From assembly GCF_016026235.1 (NCBI RefSeq), contig NZ_CP065613.1: DNA of 64,000 nucleotides, one strand, 5' to 3'. The DNA is from Escherichia coli. GTDB taxonomy: Bacteria; Pseudomonadota; Gammaproteobacteria; Enterobacterales; Enterobacteriaceae. A model generated the notes under the pieces. That model had not been told where the DNA came from and ran no database searches. It saw only the letters and a program-made list of their open reading frames with translations. Below are positions 10,120 to 19,246 of this stretch, piece by piece. The position numbers were made by a program, and so were the translations under genes. Position 1 is the stretch's first letter; every line of letters begins with the position of its first letter.

Positions 10120-10476
10120 ATGGAAATAAAACCAGAAGATGAGTTAAGCAATATCGTTTTATTTCCGGTAAAAGAGGATGACCCACGTAATCAGGTTAAT
10201 TTTCTTTATGAACCATCGGAAAGACCATATTGCCATCACGCCTCTGTCCGGGTTGACGAAAAAGAGCGTCAGGTCCGCTGTAAAATCTGCGGTGCGGTTG
10301 TGGAGCCGTTTGACTGGATGCTCTCTGTGGCAAAAAGAGAAACCAGACTGGCAGATGATGTAAGGCTATTGCGCCAGGAGGAACAGGAAAGGCGGAGAAA
10401 TATAGAAAAGCTGATACAGATTGAGCGTAACGCGAAAGCGCGGATACGCAGGGCGACAAAATCCAGAACTGAATAA
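10120..10476 (+). CDS. hypothetical protein with Cys-rich segment and basic coiled-coil tail
   Basis: ATG at 10120 after AAAGGAGAGGAG; 118 aa. Confidence 0.5.
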   Translation: MEIKPEDELSNIVLFPVKEDDPRNQVNFLYEPSERPYCHHASVRVDEKERQVRCKICGAVVEPFDWMLSVAKRETRLADDVRLLRQEEQERRRNIEKLIQIERNAKARIRRATKSRTE

Positions 10477-10568
10477 TTAAATTTAGCACTGTTAAAAATT
10501 TAATCCTTAACCGGAGGGATTTCTGCACCCTCAAATCATCAGGAGACCGCCCGAAAGGGCGGTAATGA

Positions 10569-10787
10569 ATGGTTACATTATTTAGAAAAAAATATCCGCG
10601 AAAGAGTAGAACAACAGAATTCCTGTTTCTCATTCTGTTTATCGTGTTGATGACACCGATATCCCCACTAATTTTTGTCTGGATAATCGGAAAAATAATT
10701 GAGCCAGTTATTGAATTGTATAACGACGTGGTATGGGCGTCATTCAACACACTGCACAATAAAATTAATCCGTATAAGGAAAGCTGA
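10569..10787 (+). CDS. hypothetical small membrane protein
   Basis: 72-aa ORF with a hydrophobic core (two predicted transmembrane segments). Confidence 0.4.
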   Translation: MVTLFRKKYPRKSRTTEFLFLILFIVLMTPISPLIFVWIIGKIIEPVIELYNDVVWASFNTLHNKINPYKES

Positions 10788-10788
10788 T

Positions 10789-11154
10789 ATGGCACTGACG
10801 AAAAAACAACGTGCAGAACTGCGCATGAAGTTCGGTGGTCGCTGCGCTTATTGCGGCTGCGAACTTGGCGAAAAGTGGCATGCAGACCATGTAAAACCGG
10901 TCATTCGTTTTGATGGAAATATGCTTCACCAGGAACGTGACGATATATCCAACATGGTACCAGCATGCCACCCATGCAATCTGCACAAGCATTGCAGTAG
11001 CCTGGAAGATTATCGACGAATTATCAGTGATGGTCGTCGTGAATTCCTTGCGTCCGGGAAAGGCAAAGCGCTGGTTCGTATGGGATTGGTTGAAATGAAA
11101 TCTGACCCGGTTGTGTTCTGGTTTGAAAAATATCAAGAAGGGGCTACGGCATGA
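10789..11154 (+). CDS. HNH endonuclease
   Basis: CAYCGCEL...HADHVKP...CHPCNLHKH HNH motif; ATG at 10789 after TAAGGAAAG. Confidence 0.7.
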   Translation: MALTKKQRAELRMKFGGRCAYCGCELGEKWHADHVKPVIRFDGNMLHQERDDISNMVPACHPCNLHKHCSSLEDYRRIISDGRREFLASGKGKALVRMGLVEMKSDPVVFWFEKYQEGATA

Positions 11155-11816
11155 CCACTATTACCAAAGAGCGACTGCAATGGCTGGCTAACATTTCTGG
11201 CCGCGATGATATTGACGATATAGACGGCGGTGAAATTCGTGAACTGGCGCTTATCGCTCTGGCATCACTGGAAGCAGAGCCTGTAGCGGAATGCATTGTT
11301 GAAGATGGGGGCATGTGTATTGACGGGTTCGGTGAGTATGTGGGTCACTCGCTGCCTGATGGAATGCATGAGCTTTATGCTGCCCCGCGAATGCGACAAC
11401 CTGATGGATGGAAAGCCGTAGCTGTAGCGTGGAAGGTGACGTTTACTCAAGTTGACCAGGAATCTAATACGTTCACTGCTATATATTTTGACAAAGCGGA
11501 AGTTGAGCGTTGGGTACGACTGCATAAAGCATGTGATTTTCGGGCAGATATAACACCGCTTTACGCAGCGCCGGCAGTGCCGGTTGCAGTAAACGACGAC
11601 ATGGCTTACGCATTCCATCACGCACTGTCAGATTCATCGCTTGGCTCTGATGAAATCGAAGAAATTAAAACCGGTTTGCGTGCTGCCTTTGCCAACGTCA
11701 CTATCCAACCAGAGCCGATAGTGCCGGATGAAATCGGGCCAAACGATAGTAATACGTTTGATTATGTTGATGGCTGGAACGCCTGCCGCGCTGCCATGCT
11801 TAAGGGAGATAAATAA
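11151..11816 (+). CDS. hypothetical prophage protein
   Basis: 221-aa ORF, start overlaps HNH stop. Confidence 0.5.
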   Translation: MTTITKERLQWLANISGRDDIDDIDGGEIRELALIALASLEAEPVAECIVEDGGMCIDGFGEYVGHSLPDGMHELYAAPRMRQPDGWKAVAVAWKVTFTQVDQESNTFTAIYFDKAEVERWVRLHKACDFRADITPLYAAPAVPVAVNDDMAYAFHHALSDSSLGSDEIEEIKTGLRAAFANVTIQPEPIVPDEIGPNDSNTFDYVDGWNACRAAMLKGDK

Positions 11817-12181
11817 TGATTAATCGAACCAAACTGGAGCACATTCTCGAATATGCCAGGCAGCAGAAATGTATTGGGCAACTTTGTAAAATTCCACCAG
11901 GAGATATGGTTGAAATCGTGGAAATGGCCATGCGTAAGGCTGGCAACTCTCCGGTAACTCCGGCTGGCTGGATAAGCTGTAGTGATGCAGTTCCTGCTGA
12001 ATATTGCGATGTGATTCTTCTCGATGATCTCGGGAATGTATTCCCCGGTTCCTGGGATAAGGTTTTTTGCCCCACTCGTGGCGGGAATAAGATGGCTTTT
12101 GTGGACAAAGACGGCGTTGAAGTAGAGAGCTCAACTCACTGGATGCCGCTACCGGAACCACCGCAGGAGGTGAATCAATGA
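11816..12181 (+). CDS. DUF551-like prophage protein
   Basis: C-terminal FVDKDGVEVESSTHWMPLPEPP resembles DUF551. Confidence 0.55.
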   Translation: MINRTKLEHILEYARQQKCIGQLCKIPPGDMVEIVEMAMRKAGNSPVTPAGWISCSDAVPAEYCDVILLDDLGNVFPGSWDKVFCPTRGGNKMAFVDKDGVEVESSTHWMPLPEPPQEVNQ

Positions 12182-12261
12182 CCTGGCCTGAGGCATTCAC
12201 CACGGTAGGAATTGCGATGGCGGTGGCGCTGGTGGTGTATTCGATTTGCCGTTGGGGTTAA
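12178..12261 (+). CDS. possible 27-aa hydrophobic peptide
   Basis: ATGA overlap with upstream stop; MTWPEAFTTVGIAMAVALVVYSICRWG; directly followed by a terminator. Confidence 0.25.
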   Translation: MTWPEAFTTVGIAMAVALVVYSICRWG

Positions 12262-12266
12262 CAAAC

Positions 12267-12298
12267 AAAAACCCCGGATTGATGGTCCGGGGTTTTTG
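12267..12298 (+). terminator. Rho-independent terminator
   Basis: CCCCGGA-TTGATGG-TCCGGGG hairpin followed by TTTTT. Confidence 0.6.
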
Positions 12299-12479
12299 AA
12301 GGAAACAAAACAGAAACAGCAATTGCCGTTACCTGTTGTTACCATGGCAAGTAAACGTATCTCAGGCGAGCGCATTGCGCCGTTCTGACGCAGATAAACT
12401 AGCCTGGATAGATGGTGCTGGCAATAAAAAATAGCGTTTTCTTATCGGTGTCGGTAAGATTGCTGCGGGTGCTTGAGGC

Positions 12480-12635
12480 TGTCTGCCTCGGGCATGTCAC
12501 TGTAAGGCAGACAGAGAAAAGCCCCAGTTAACATTACGCGTCCTGCAAGACGCTTAACATTAATCTGAGGCCCAATCTATGTCTCACAAATGTAGGTTAG
12601 CCTCTTACGTGCCGAAAGGCAAGGAGAAGCAGGCT
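12480..12635. promoter_or_regulatory. hok mRNA leader with stem-loops; expected location of sok antisense RNA
   Basis: Inverted repeat GTCTGCCT...AGGCAGAC (12481-12512); 9-bp hairpin GGCGGGAGA-GTAA-TCTCCCGCC downstream at 12800-12822. Confidence 0.35.
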
Positions 12636-12791
12636 ATGAAGCAGCAAAAGGCGATGTTAATCGCCCTGATCGTCATCTGTTTAACCGTCATTGTGACGGC
12701 ACTGGTAACGAGGAAAGACCTCTGCGAGGTACGAATCCGAACCGGCCAGACGGAGGTCGCTGTCTTCGTAGACTACGAATCTAGAGAGTAA
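12579..12791 (+). CDS. mok: mok-like in-frame extended reading frame overlapping hok
   Basis: 70-aa ORF ending at the hok stop, as MokC extends HokC in E. coli. Confidence 0.4.
   Translation: MSHKCRLASYVPKGKEKQAMKQQKAMLIALIVICLTVIVTALVTRKDLCEVRIRTGQTEVAVFVDYESRE
12636..12791 (+). CDS. hok: Hok/Gef-family type I toxin
   Basis: MKQQKAMLIALIVICLTVIVTALVTRKDLCEVRIRTGQTEVAVF is near-identical in pattern to HokD/RelF; AAGGAG Shine-Dalgarno. Confidence 0.8.
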   Translation: MKQQKAMLIALIVICLTVIVTALVTRKDLCEVRIRTGQTEVAVFVDYESRE

Positions 12792-13069
12792 GAGTGACCA
12801 GGCGGGAGAGTAATCTCCCGCCACCTTTGATGTGTCAGGCATCCTCAACGCACCCGCACTTAACCCGTTTCGGCGGTTTTTTTTGTTGCGTGCTGAATAC
12901 GCAGGGTGAAAAATAACCATATATTTGATTATATACACAACAAAAAATAAAAGTCATTGTACTTGCACATTAAACAATCAAATATACGGCGTGAAATAAA
13001 TGTTTTTCAGATTAATATTTTTGTCTCTATGTGGATATAACCGTTTGTACTTATAAACCTGGAGGCATC

Positions 13070-13282
13070 GTGGAAAAAATAAAGAAACTATTTAGTAGCA
13101 AATACGCAGTCATACGTCGTGATGACCTGTCAGTTATAGTCGAAATGGATTACTTCCCTGAAACCCCAAAATCAATAATGTATCGTAATGGTCGAAAGGC
13201 AATTTTTTTACCGATGAGGGTAAGTGACATTATGGGAAATGATAAACTGCTGGATGAATTGCGAGTCAGAGCATCCTGTTAG
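13070..13282 (+). CDS. hypothetical protein
   Basis: GTG at 13070 preceded by GGAGG; track start 13031 lacks a ribosome-binding site. Confidence 0.4.
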   Translation: MEKIKKLFSSKYAVIRRDDLSVIVEMDYFPETPKSIMYRNGRKAIFLPMRVSDIMGNDKLLDELRVRASC

Positions 13283-13353
13283 TATTGGCATTAATTCTGG
13301 TATACTACATAACGGGCTGAACACCCATTCTACTGCGCCAGCGGAGAACTACG

Positions 13354-13953
13354 ATGGCGCATATACAACTGGTCAAACAAACCTCTTCCGGATTACTTCT
13401 CCCGGCGACGCCGGAGAGTTGCGATTTTTTGCATCAAATCAAAATAGGTGAGTGGATACACGCAGACTTTAAGCGTGTGCGTAACTACGCATTCCACAAG
13501 CGTTTTTTCAAACTCCTGCAACTGGGATTTGATTACTGGACTCCGGTCGGTGGGGCGATCACGCCTCGCGAACGAAAACTGGTATCAGGCTTCGTTGATT
13601 ACCTGTGCGAATCAGTAGGTCGGGAACACACTCCAGCCCTGAGTGATGCCGCAGAGCAATACCTTAATACAGTTGCGACATGCAGAACCCGGGATACGGC
13701 ATTGCTAAAGTCGTTTGACGCTTTCCGCGAGTGGGTAACCATTCAGGCCGGATTTTACACCGAGCATATTTATCCTGATGGTAGTCGTGGGCGCAGGGCA
13801 AAATCTATCGCATTTGCGAACATGGACGAAACCGAGTTTCAGCAGGTTTATAAATCTGTACTGAATGTGCTGTGGAACTGGATCCTGTTCCGTAAATTTT
13901 CCTCTCCGGAACAAGTCGAAAATGTGGCCGCGCAGCTACTGGAGTTTGCGTAA
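13354..13953 (+). CDS. DUF1367-like lambdoid prophage protein
   Basis: 199-aa ORF in the nin-like region upstream of Q. Confidence 0.5.
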   Translation: MAHIQLVKQTSSGLLLPATPESCDFLHQIKIGEWIHADFKRVRNYAFHKRFFKLLQLGFDYWTPVGGAITPRERKLVSGFVDYLCESVGREHTPALSDAAEQYLNTVATCRTRDTALLKSFDAFREWVTIQAGFYTEHIYPDGSRGRRAKSIAFANMDETEFQQVYKSVLNVLWNWILFRKFSSPEQVENVAAQLLEFA

Positions 13954-14243
13954 TGGTGGATTTACGTAAAGCGGCGCGGGGGCAGATGTGCACCGTCAGA
14001 ATTCCTGGCTACTGCAATCACGATCCGGAAACGTCTGTGCTGGCGCATTACCGACTGGCGGGAACGTGCGGAACAGCGACAAAACCACACGATATGCAGG
14101 CGGCGATTGCCTGTAGCTCATGCCACGATTTAATCGACGGGCGGGTAAAAACAAGCGATTACACCAAAGAAGAATTACGCCTGATACATGCAGAAGGTGT
14201 TTTTCGCACGCAAGAAATCTGGAGAAAGGAAGGTTATTTATGA
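13953..14243 (+). CDS. Zinc-binding prophage protein (DUF1364-like)
   Basis: Cys/His pattern C..C...CSSCH; translationally coupled to neighbours. Confidence 0.45.
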   Translation: MVDLRKAARGQMCTVRIPGYCNHDPETSVLAHYRLAGTCGTATKPHDMQAAIACSSCHDLIDGRVKTSDYTKEELRLIHAEGVFRTQEIWRKEGYL

Positions 14244-14794
14244 TTTACCCAACAAATACAGGCAAAAGCGGGGAACACCTTCGTCTCACCACGCTGGAAA
14301 GTGTCTGGATTCAGGGAAAACTGCGCATGTGGGGGCGCTGGTCGTATATTGGCGGCGGTAAGACGGGGAATATGTTCAACCAGTTGTTGGCCTCTAAAAA
14401 GCTGACAAAAACGGCAATTAACGAGGCGCTCCGGAGGATGAAAAAAGCAGGTCTGGACAAACCTGAACTTGAGGCTTTTTTGCGGGATATGATCAACGGC
14501 AAGCAAAAAAGCTGGCTGGTGCATTGTACTGACGCAGAGGCGTTATGCATTGATCGGGTGATTAGTGAAGTGCTGGCAGAACACCCAGGATTGATTTGTA
14601 TCCTCCGGCAACGATATGAAGGGAGTGGGATGACTAAGCGAAAAATGGCTGAATTGCTGAATGATTCACACCCTGAGTGGTGTTATCGGACGTGTTGCAG
14701 TCGGGTTGATGTATGGCTAAATCTTGCTGAATATATGCTCTATCTACCGATGCGTGATGCATTCTCTTCCGGGGATCTAAAAACCGTCTGTTGA
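14240..14794 (+). CDS. Late-gene antitermination protein Q
   Basis: Position before tRNA/lysis region; AAGGAAGG Shine-Dalgarno; Cys-containing C-terminus. Confidence 0.55.
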   Translation: MIYPTNTGKSGEHLRLTTLESVWIQGKLRMWGRWSYIGGGKTGNMFNQLLASKKLTKTAINEALRRMKKAGLDKPELEAFLRDMINGKQKSWLVHCTDAEALCIDRVISEVLAEHPGLICILRQRYEGSGMTKRKMAELLNDSHPEWCYRTCCSRVDVWLNLAEYMLYLPMRDAFSSGDLKTVC

Positions 14795-14883
14795 CTCAAT
14801 CTGTTATCCGGGGCTATATTCCTCACGCGCCAGCAAAATCTGGCGTCGGGATTGGCGTCCCGGATGTTTACGGAGCGATATGA

Positions 14884-14904
14884 GACGCGCCCGCGTCTTT
14901 TTTC
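14884..14904 (+). terminator. Hairpin plus T-run downstream of Q (possible tR'-like terminator)
   Basis: GACGCG-CCC-GCGTC followed by TTTTTT. Confidence 0.4.
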
Positions 14905-15066
14905 ATATCGTTTGCACAGTCTCATTCGCGATTTATGGCGGGCTGTGTGGGGGAGCCGAAAGGCTCGCCGGTTTCCGTACCCGGTTACGCCAACCCTGCA
15001 CAGTTCGCCACCAGTTCGATTGGCGTCGTCGGTGGCGATAATTTCCAAATGTACGGAGTTATCGTT

Positions 15067-15624
15067 ATGACCACTCAAATCTCTGTTGAAACTCTCTCCC
15101 CGATCACCCATAACCAGATTCCTGTTATTACCACCGAACTTTTGGCGCAGCTTTACGGCACTGAGCCGGTGCGTATTCGCCAGAATCATCATGAGAACAA
15201 AGTACGCTTCGTTGAAGGGAAACACTTTTTCAAAGTTGTTGGTAATGACCTTAAAGAATTGCGGGTAGCTTTAAACTACTCACAAAATCCCATCTCTCCC
15301 AAAGCCCGCTCCCTCATCCTCTGGACAGAACGAGGCGCAGCACGCCACGCCAAAATGCTCGAAACCGATCAGGCGTGGGATGTGTTCGAAAAACTGGAAG
15401 ACTGCTATTTCAGTCAAAAGGATCCGTCAACGCCAGTTTCATGCCAGAAAAGTTACGACACGCGAGTTCTCTGTTATCAGAGAGGCGGTGTCACTGTTTC
15501 CACAATTCAGTTACGGGATGATGATATTGTTATTTCCCTTGAGTCATGGCTGGAACTGGCGAGAGCCAATGGTTGGTTTGTTGTTCGCAGAGATAAACTG
15601 GTGGAAAGGTTGATGCAGCTTTAA
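15067..15624 (+). CDS. ORF6N/Bro-N-like antirepressor-family protein
   Basis: ATG at 15067 after GGAG; N-terminal IPVITTELLAQLYG...KVRFVEGKHFFKV resembles ORF6N domain. Confidence 0.5.
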   Translation: MTTQISVETLSPITHNQIPVITTELLAQLYGTEPVRIRQNHHENKVRFVEGKHFFKVVGNDLKELRVALNYSQNPISPKARSLILWTERGAARHAKMLETDQAWDVFEKLEDCYFSQKDPSTPVSCQKSYDTRVLCYQRGGVTVSTIQLRDDDIVISLESWLELARANGWFVVRRDKLVERLMQL

Positions 15625-15718
15625 AAAAGTTCTTGCATTTTTGCACATAAACTGCTTCAATTCCGGTAAGCTTCGCAAAGCTGTATCGCGAGGCGAATAG
15701 CAGACATGGACATTTGAA

Positions 15719-15746
15719 AGAGCCCGCTTTATGCGGGTTTTTTTAT
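15719..15746 (+). terminator. Rho-independent terminator
   Basis: AGCCCGC-TTTA-TGCGGGT followed by TTTTTTT. Confidence 0.55.
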
Positions 15747-15832
15747 ACCTGAAAAACGGCACAGGACGTTAAACGTGCTGGTGGTCAGATGAGTTTGCAG
15801 ATGTGATGACATATGGTTATTATTCTGCCTCC

Positions 15833-15909
15833 GGCCCTTTAGCTCAGTTGGTCAGAGCGAGCGACTCATAATCGCCAGGTCGCTGGTTCAAGTCCAGCAA
15901 GGGCCACCA
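15833..15909 (+). tRNA. tRNA with CAU anticodon (Met or Ile2, ileZ-like)
   Basis: Manual cloverleaf: acceptor GGCCCTT/AAGGGCC, anticodon loop CTCATAA, 3' CCA. Confidence 0.8.
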
Positions 15910-15910
15910 A

Positions 15911-15987
15911 CCACCACTAGCTCATCCGGATAGAGCATCAACCTTCTAAGTTGACGGTGCGAGGTTCGAGTCCTCGGTGGTGGGCCA
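15911..15987 (+). tRNA. tRNA-Arg (UCU)
   Basis: Acceptor CCACCAC/GTGGTGG, anticodon loop CTTCTAA, T-loop TTCGAGT, 3' CCA. Confidence 0.75.
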
Positions 15988-15989
15988 GC

Positions 15990-16065
<76 letters not shown>

Positions 16066-16068
16066 TAT

Positions 16069-16143
<75 letters not shown>

Positions 16144-16435
16144 GTCAGAGTCTTTCAGTCTGCGATGATGGGAAATCCCGGAGTGACTGAAAGACGTTTA
16201 AGTTATGAATGATCGCCTTTTTTTGCAAAATTGCTGTGCAGAAATACTAACCTTCGGGCGTGCGATCATTCATAAGCACTCTGCTTTTATTCCGATTAAC
16301 TGTGGGTGGTTTGTTGGATAGAGTGCTTTCCTTACTGTATATATCGTTTCGCCCGCTTTTGCGTTTTTTTCTTTTCAAATCCCTTTCATTTCTCAGTGTA
16401 AAACTACGCCATCCGTTATTTGCGGAGGTGAGGCT

Positions 16436-16651
16436 ATGAAATCCATGGACAAAATTTCAACGGGCATTGCCTACGGCACCTCCGCCGGCAGTGCCGGCTA
16501 CTGGTTTTTGCAGTGGTTGGATCAGGTCAGTCCATCACAGTGGGCTGCGATTGGTGTGCTGGGAAGTCTGCTTCTGGGGCTTCTGACTTATCTGACGAAT
16601 CTGTATTTCAAAATAAGAGAAGACAAGCGTAAGGCTGCACGGGGAGAGTAA
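16436..16651 (+). CDS. Pinholin (phage 21 S21-like class II holin)
   Basis: [29 protein letters not shown]...[13 protein letters not shown] matches recalled S21; GGAGGTGA Shine-Dalgarno. Confidence 0.8.
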   Translation: MKSMDKISTGIAYGTSAGSAGYWFLQWLDQVSPSQWAAIGVLGSLLLGLLTYLTNLYFKIREDKRKAARGE

Positions 16652-16654
16652 ATA

Positions 16655-17284
16655 ATGAAGCATGAAGAAATGAATCAGCGATTCAATCACCTGGAAAATG
16701 AAATCACTGAGCTTAATAAAAAATTGTCGGCGTTGGTGAGTTCTGAAGATGAAAACAAACGCCGCGATGAGCATTATGCGGCGATTTACGATTACTGCCA
16801 CAAAGTCGCTCACGAGACTTTTATGAAGTTTTTGCAGGAAAAGTTTTTACCGGCCGCATTGTCAGAAAAAGAGGCGGCTTACCTGCGGCCTGAGTACGTC
16901 ATTACGGTTAACAGTGCCGGAGAGGAAGAGCATAAAAGTGATTTTATTGCGTCTGCACCGGATAAAGACCAGGAACCCCGTCGGCCTTTCAGGGTTTCCT
17001 GTGAAGAGGGTGAGTTCGTCGTTTATGAGAACGGAAAACCTGTCCGGGCATCGCATCATCACTGCCTGAAAATTATTAATCTCGCTATCAGATGCCTGAA
17101 AGACGAAAACACCAGAGTTATGAAACGCATTGGCCGTTGCATGGGGTATTTGCAGGTGGCGGCAGAGATTGAAGCACTTGCCAGTGGTGCAGACATGGAT
17201 GCTGCGGTGCGGGAGGCTCTTCTTCGTGATTTCAATACTCCCCCTTTAAGAAAGAGCCTGATGACTGGATCCAGCCGGGGCTGA
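16655..17284 (+). CDS. hypothetical 209-aa protein inserted between holin and endolysin
   Basis: ORF starts 4 bp after holin stop; N-terminal coiled-coil-like segment; no family recognised. Confidence 0.55.
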   Translation: MKHEEMNQRFNHLENEITELNKKLSALVSSEDENKRRDEHYAAIYDYCHKVAHETFMKFLQEKFLPAALSEKEAAYLRPEYVITVNSAGEEEHKSDFIASAPDKDQEPRRPFRVSCEEGEFVVYENGKPVRASHHHCLKIINLAIRCLKDENTRVMKRIGRCMGYLQVAAEIEALASGADMDAAVREALLRDFNTPPLRKSLMTGSSRG

Positions 17285-17349
17285 CTTATCTTAAAAGGCG
17301 TATATAAGTTGGCTCGTTATTTGTTGCCGATAAATCCTGATAAATATCC

Positions 17350-17883
17350 ATGAGCGCAAAAATCAAATACGGCCTGTCGGCTGCTGTTCTGGCGCTGATT
17401 GCCGCAGGCGCGTCTGCTCCCCAGATACTTGACCAGTTTCTGAACGAAAAAGAGGGTAATCACACAACGGCATACCGTGATGGTTCTGGCATATGGACCA
17501 TCTGTCGTGGTGCCACAATGGTGGATGGTAAGCCTGTCATACCGGGAATGAAGCTGTCGAAGGAAAAATGTGACCAGGTTAACGCTATTGAACGTGATAA
17601 GGCGCTGGCATGGGTGGAGCGCAATATTAAAGTACCTCTGACCGAACCACAAAAAGCGGGTATAGCGTCATTTTGCCCCTATAACATTGGCCCCGGTAAG
17701 TGTTTCCCGTCGACGTTTTATAAGCGGCTGAATGCCGGTGATCGTAAGGGCGCATGCGAGGCGATTCGCTGGTGGATAAAAGATGTTGGGCGCGATTGCC
17801 GCATACGTTCAAATAACTGCTATGGACAGGTTATTCGTCGTGACCAGGAAAGCGCATTAGCCTGTTGGGGGATAGATCAATGA
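17350..17883 (+). CDS. SAR endolysin (lysozyme, R21-like)
   Basis: N-terminal signal-anchor-release segment [16 protein letters not shown] followed by lysozyme-like domain. Confidence 0.8.
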   Translation: MSAKIKYGLSAAVLALIAAGASAPQILDQFLNEKEGNHTTAYRDGSGIWTICRGATMVDGKPVIPGMKLSKEKCDQVNAIERDKALAWVERNIKVPLTEPQKAGIASFCPYNIGPGKCFPSTFYKRLNAGDRKGACEAIRWWIKDVGRDCRIRSNNCYGQVIRRDQESALACWGIDQ

Positions 17884-18347
17884 GCAGAGTCACCGCGATT
17901 ATCTCCGCTCTGGTTATCTGCATCATCGTCTGCCTGTCATGGGCTGTTAATCATTACCGTGATAACGCCATTACCTACAAAGAGCAGCGCGACAAAAACG
18001 CAAGAGAACTGAAGCTGGCGAACGCAACCATTACTGACATGCAGCAGCGCCAGCGTTCTGTTGATGCACTCGATGCTAAATACACGAAGGAGTTAGCTGA
18101 TGCGAAAGCTGAAAATGATGCTCTTCGGCGCAAGCTTGATAATGGTGGTCGGGTGCTCGTCAAAGGAAAATGCCCTGTGCCAGCCTCAGCCAAAACCTCC
18201 AGCGCCTCCGGCATGGGCAATGATGCCACCGTCGAACTCTCTTCAGTTGCTGGACGAAACGTTCTCGGTATCCGGGACGGAATTATCCGCGACCAAACAG
18301 CACTGAGAACGCTTCAGGAATACATCAATACGCAATGCCTGAATTAA
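17880..18347 (+). CDS. Rz i-spanin
   Basis: ATGA overlap with endolysin stop; N-terminal transmembrane segment then coiled-coil periplasmic domain. Confidence 0.7.
   Translation: MSRVTAIISALVICIIVCLSWAVNHYRDNAITYKEQRDKNARELKLANATITDMQQRQRSVDALDAKYTKELADAKAENDALRRKLDNGGRVLVKGKCPVPASAKTSSASGMGNDATVELSSVAGRNVLGIRDGIIRDQTALRTLQEYINTQCLN
18100..18306 (+). CDS. Rz1 o-spanin lipoprotein embedded in Rz (+1 frame)
   Basis: Lipobox VVGCSS; Pro-rich mature region; entirely within Rz. Confidence 0.65.
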   Translation: MRKLKMMLFGASLIMVVGCSSKENALCQPQPKPPAPPAWAMMPPSNSLQLLDETFSVSGTELSATKQH

Positions 18348-18388
18348 TCCCTCTGTATCAAAAACGAACTCAATTTGTTGGATAGTGA

Positions 18389-18700
18389 ATGAAAATTTAT
18401 ATTGCCGGGCCAATGACGGGATATGAGAACTTTAATCGTGACGCCTTTAATAAAGAGGCAGATCGTTTGTCACGACATGGTCACTCTGTCTTGAATCCAG
18501 CCACTTTGCCTAATGGTCTGACACAACGTGAATACATGGATATTTGCTTTGCAATGCTTCGTTGTGCGGATGCTATTTTGATGCTTCCTGGCTGGAAAGC
18601 GTCTGCTGGAGCAACTGCTGAGTATCATTACGCATACAAGATGGAGATGCCGGTATTCACTACGCTGAATTACCCGCCAGCTTGTTCCTCTGCAGTATAA
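18389..18700 (+). CDS. DUF4406 / nucleoside 2-deoxyribosyltransferase-like protein
   Basis: MKIYIAGPMTGYENFNRDAF N-terminus typical of the family. Confidence 0.5.
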   Translation: MKIYIAGPMTGYENFNRDAFNKEADRLSRHGHSVLNPATLPNGLTQREYMDICFAMLRCADAILMLPGWKASAGATAEYHYAYKMEMPVFTTLNYPPACSSAV

Positions 18701-19039
18701 AAATCTCTTTGTTTCTCGTGTGCGATCGTGGTCGCTCGCTAAATTCCGCGCTGCATCGTCGCCGTATTTCCGCATTAACTATGACCGTAGCCCGACGGGG
18801 AACTCCTTCTGCGCGAGTGTGCGGGAATAATCAAAAACGATGCACACCGGGTTTTTACCGCGTTTATGGTTCGCGGGTTTGTCCCTCATGCTCGCCAGTC
18901 CTGTGCGGGGGTGGAAGAAACAGGACACTTACACTGATTCTTGTGGGTACGATGCTATTCCTTTCTGGATTATCCCGATGTCATTCATGCAGGGCGCTGT
19001 ATCAGACGTTCGTCATGGCTGTCAGGCTGACGGGTCCTC

Positions 19040-19150
19040 CCGGTGGGGTGGCCTGCCACGGGGCGGGAGCGGCGCGGAAAAAGGCTAGTTTTTGAAATTT
19101 CATTCGTCATCACCACTACTGTAATGTATTGATATTACAGTGGTTTTATT
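19040..19150. other. Putative cos/packaging site region upstream of terminase
   Basis: GC-rich GGGGCGGGAGCGGCGCGG followed by AT-rich tract with palindrome CTGTAAT...ATTACAG; ORF-poor 550 bp. Confidence 0.25.
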
Positions 19151-19246
19151 TTTGTGCTGTCGGTTTTGATTGTTTTTTGTTCATCACTAACACCGTTTGC
19201 CTAAAGTTGTTCGCAAGATGCATGTTTAAAACATTCTGGAGCGGGT

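Noticed and set aside
10196-10795. 199-aa minus-strand ORF
   Set aside because: Antisense to three plus-strand genes with good ribosome-binding sites; low-complexity translation; likely a shadow ORF.
18682-19095. 137-aa plus-strand ORF in the pre-terminase region
   Set aside because: Cys/Arg-rich translation, no ribosome-binding site; region more plausibly a non-coding packaging site.
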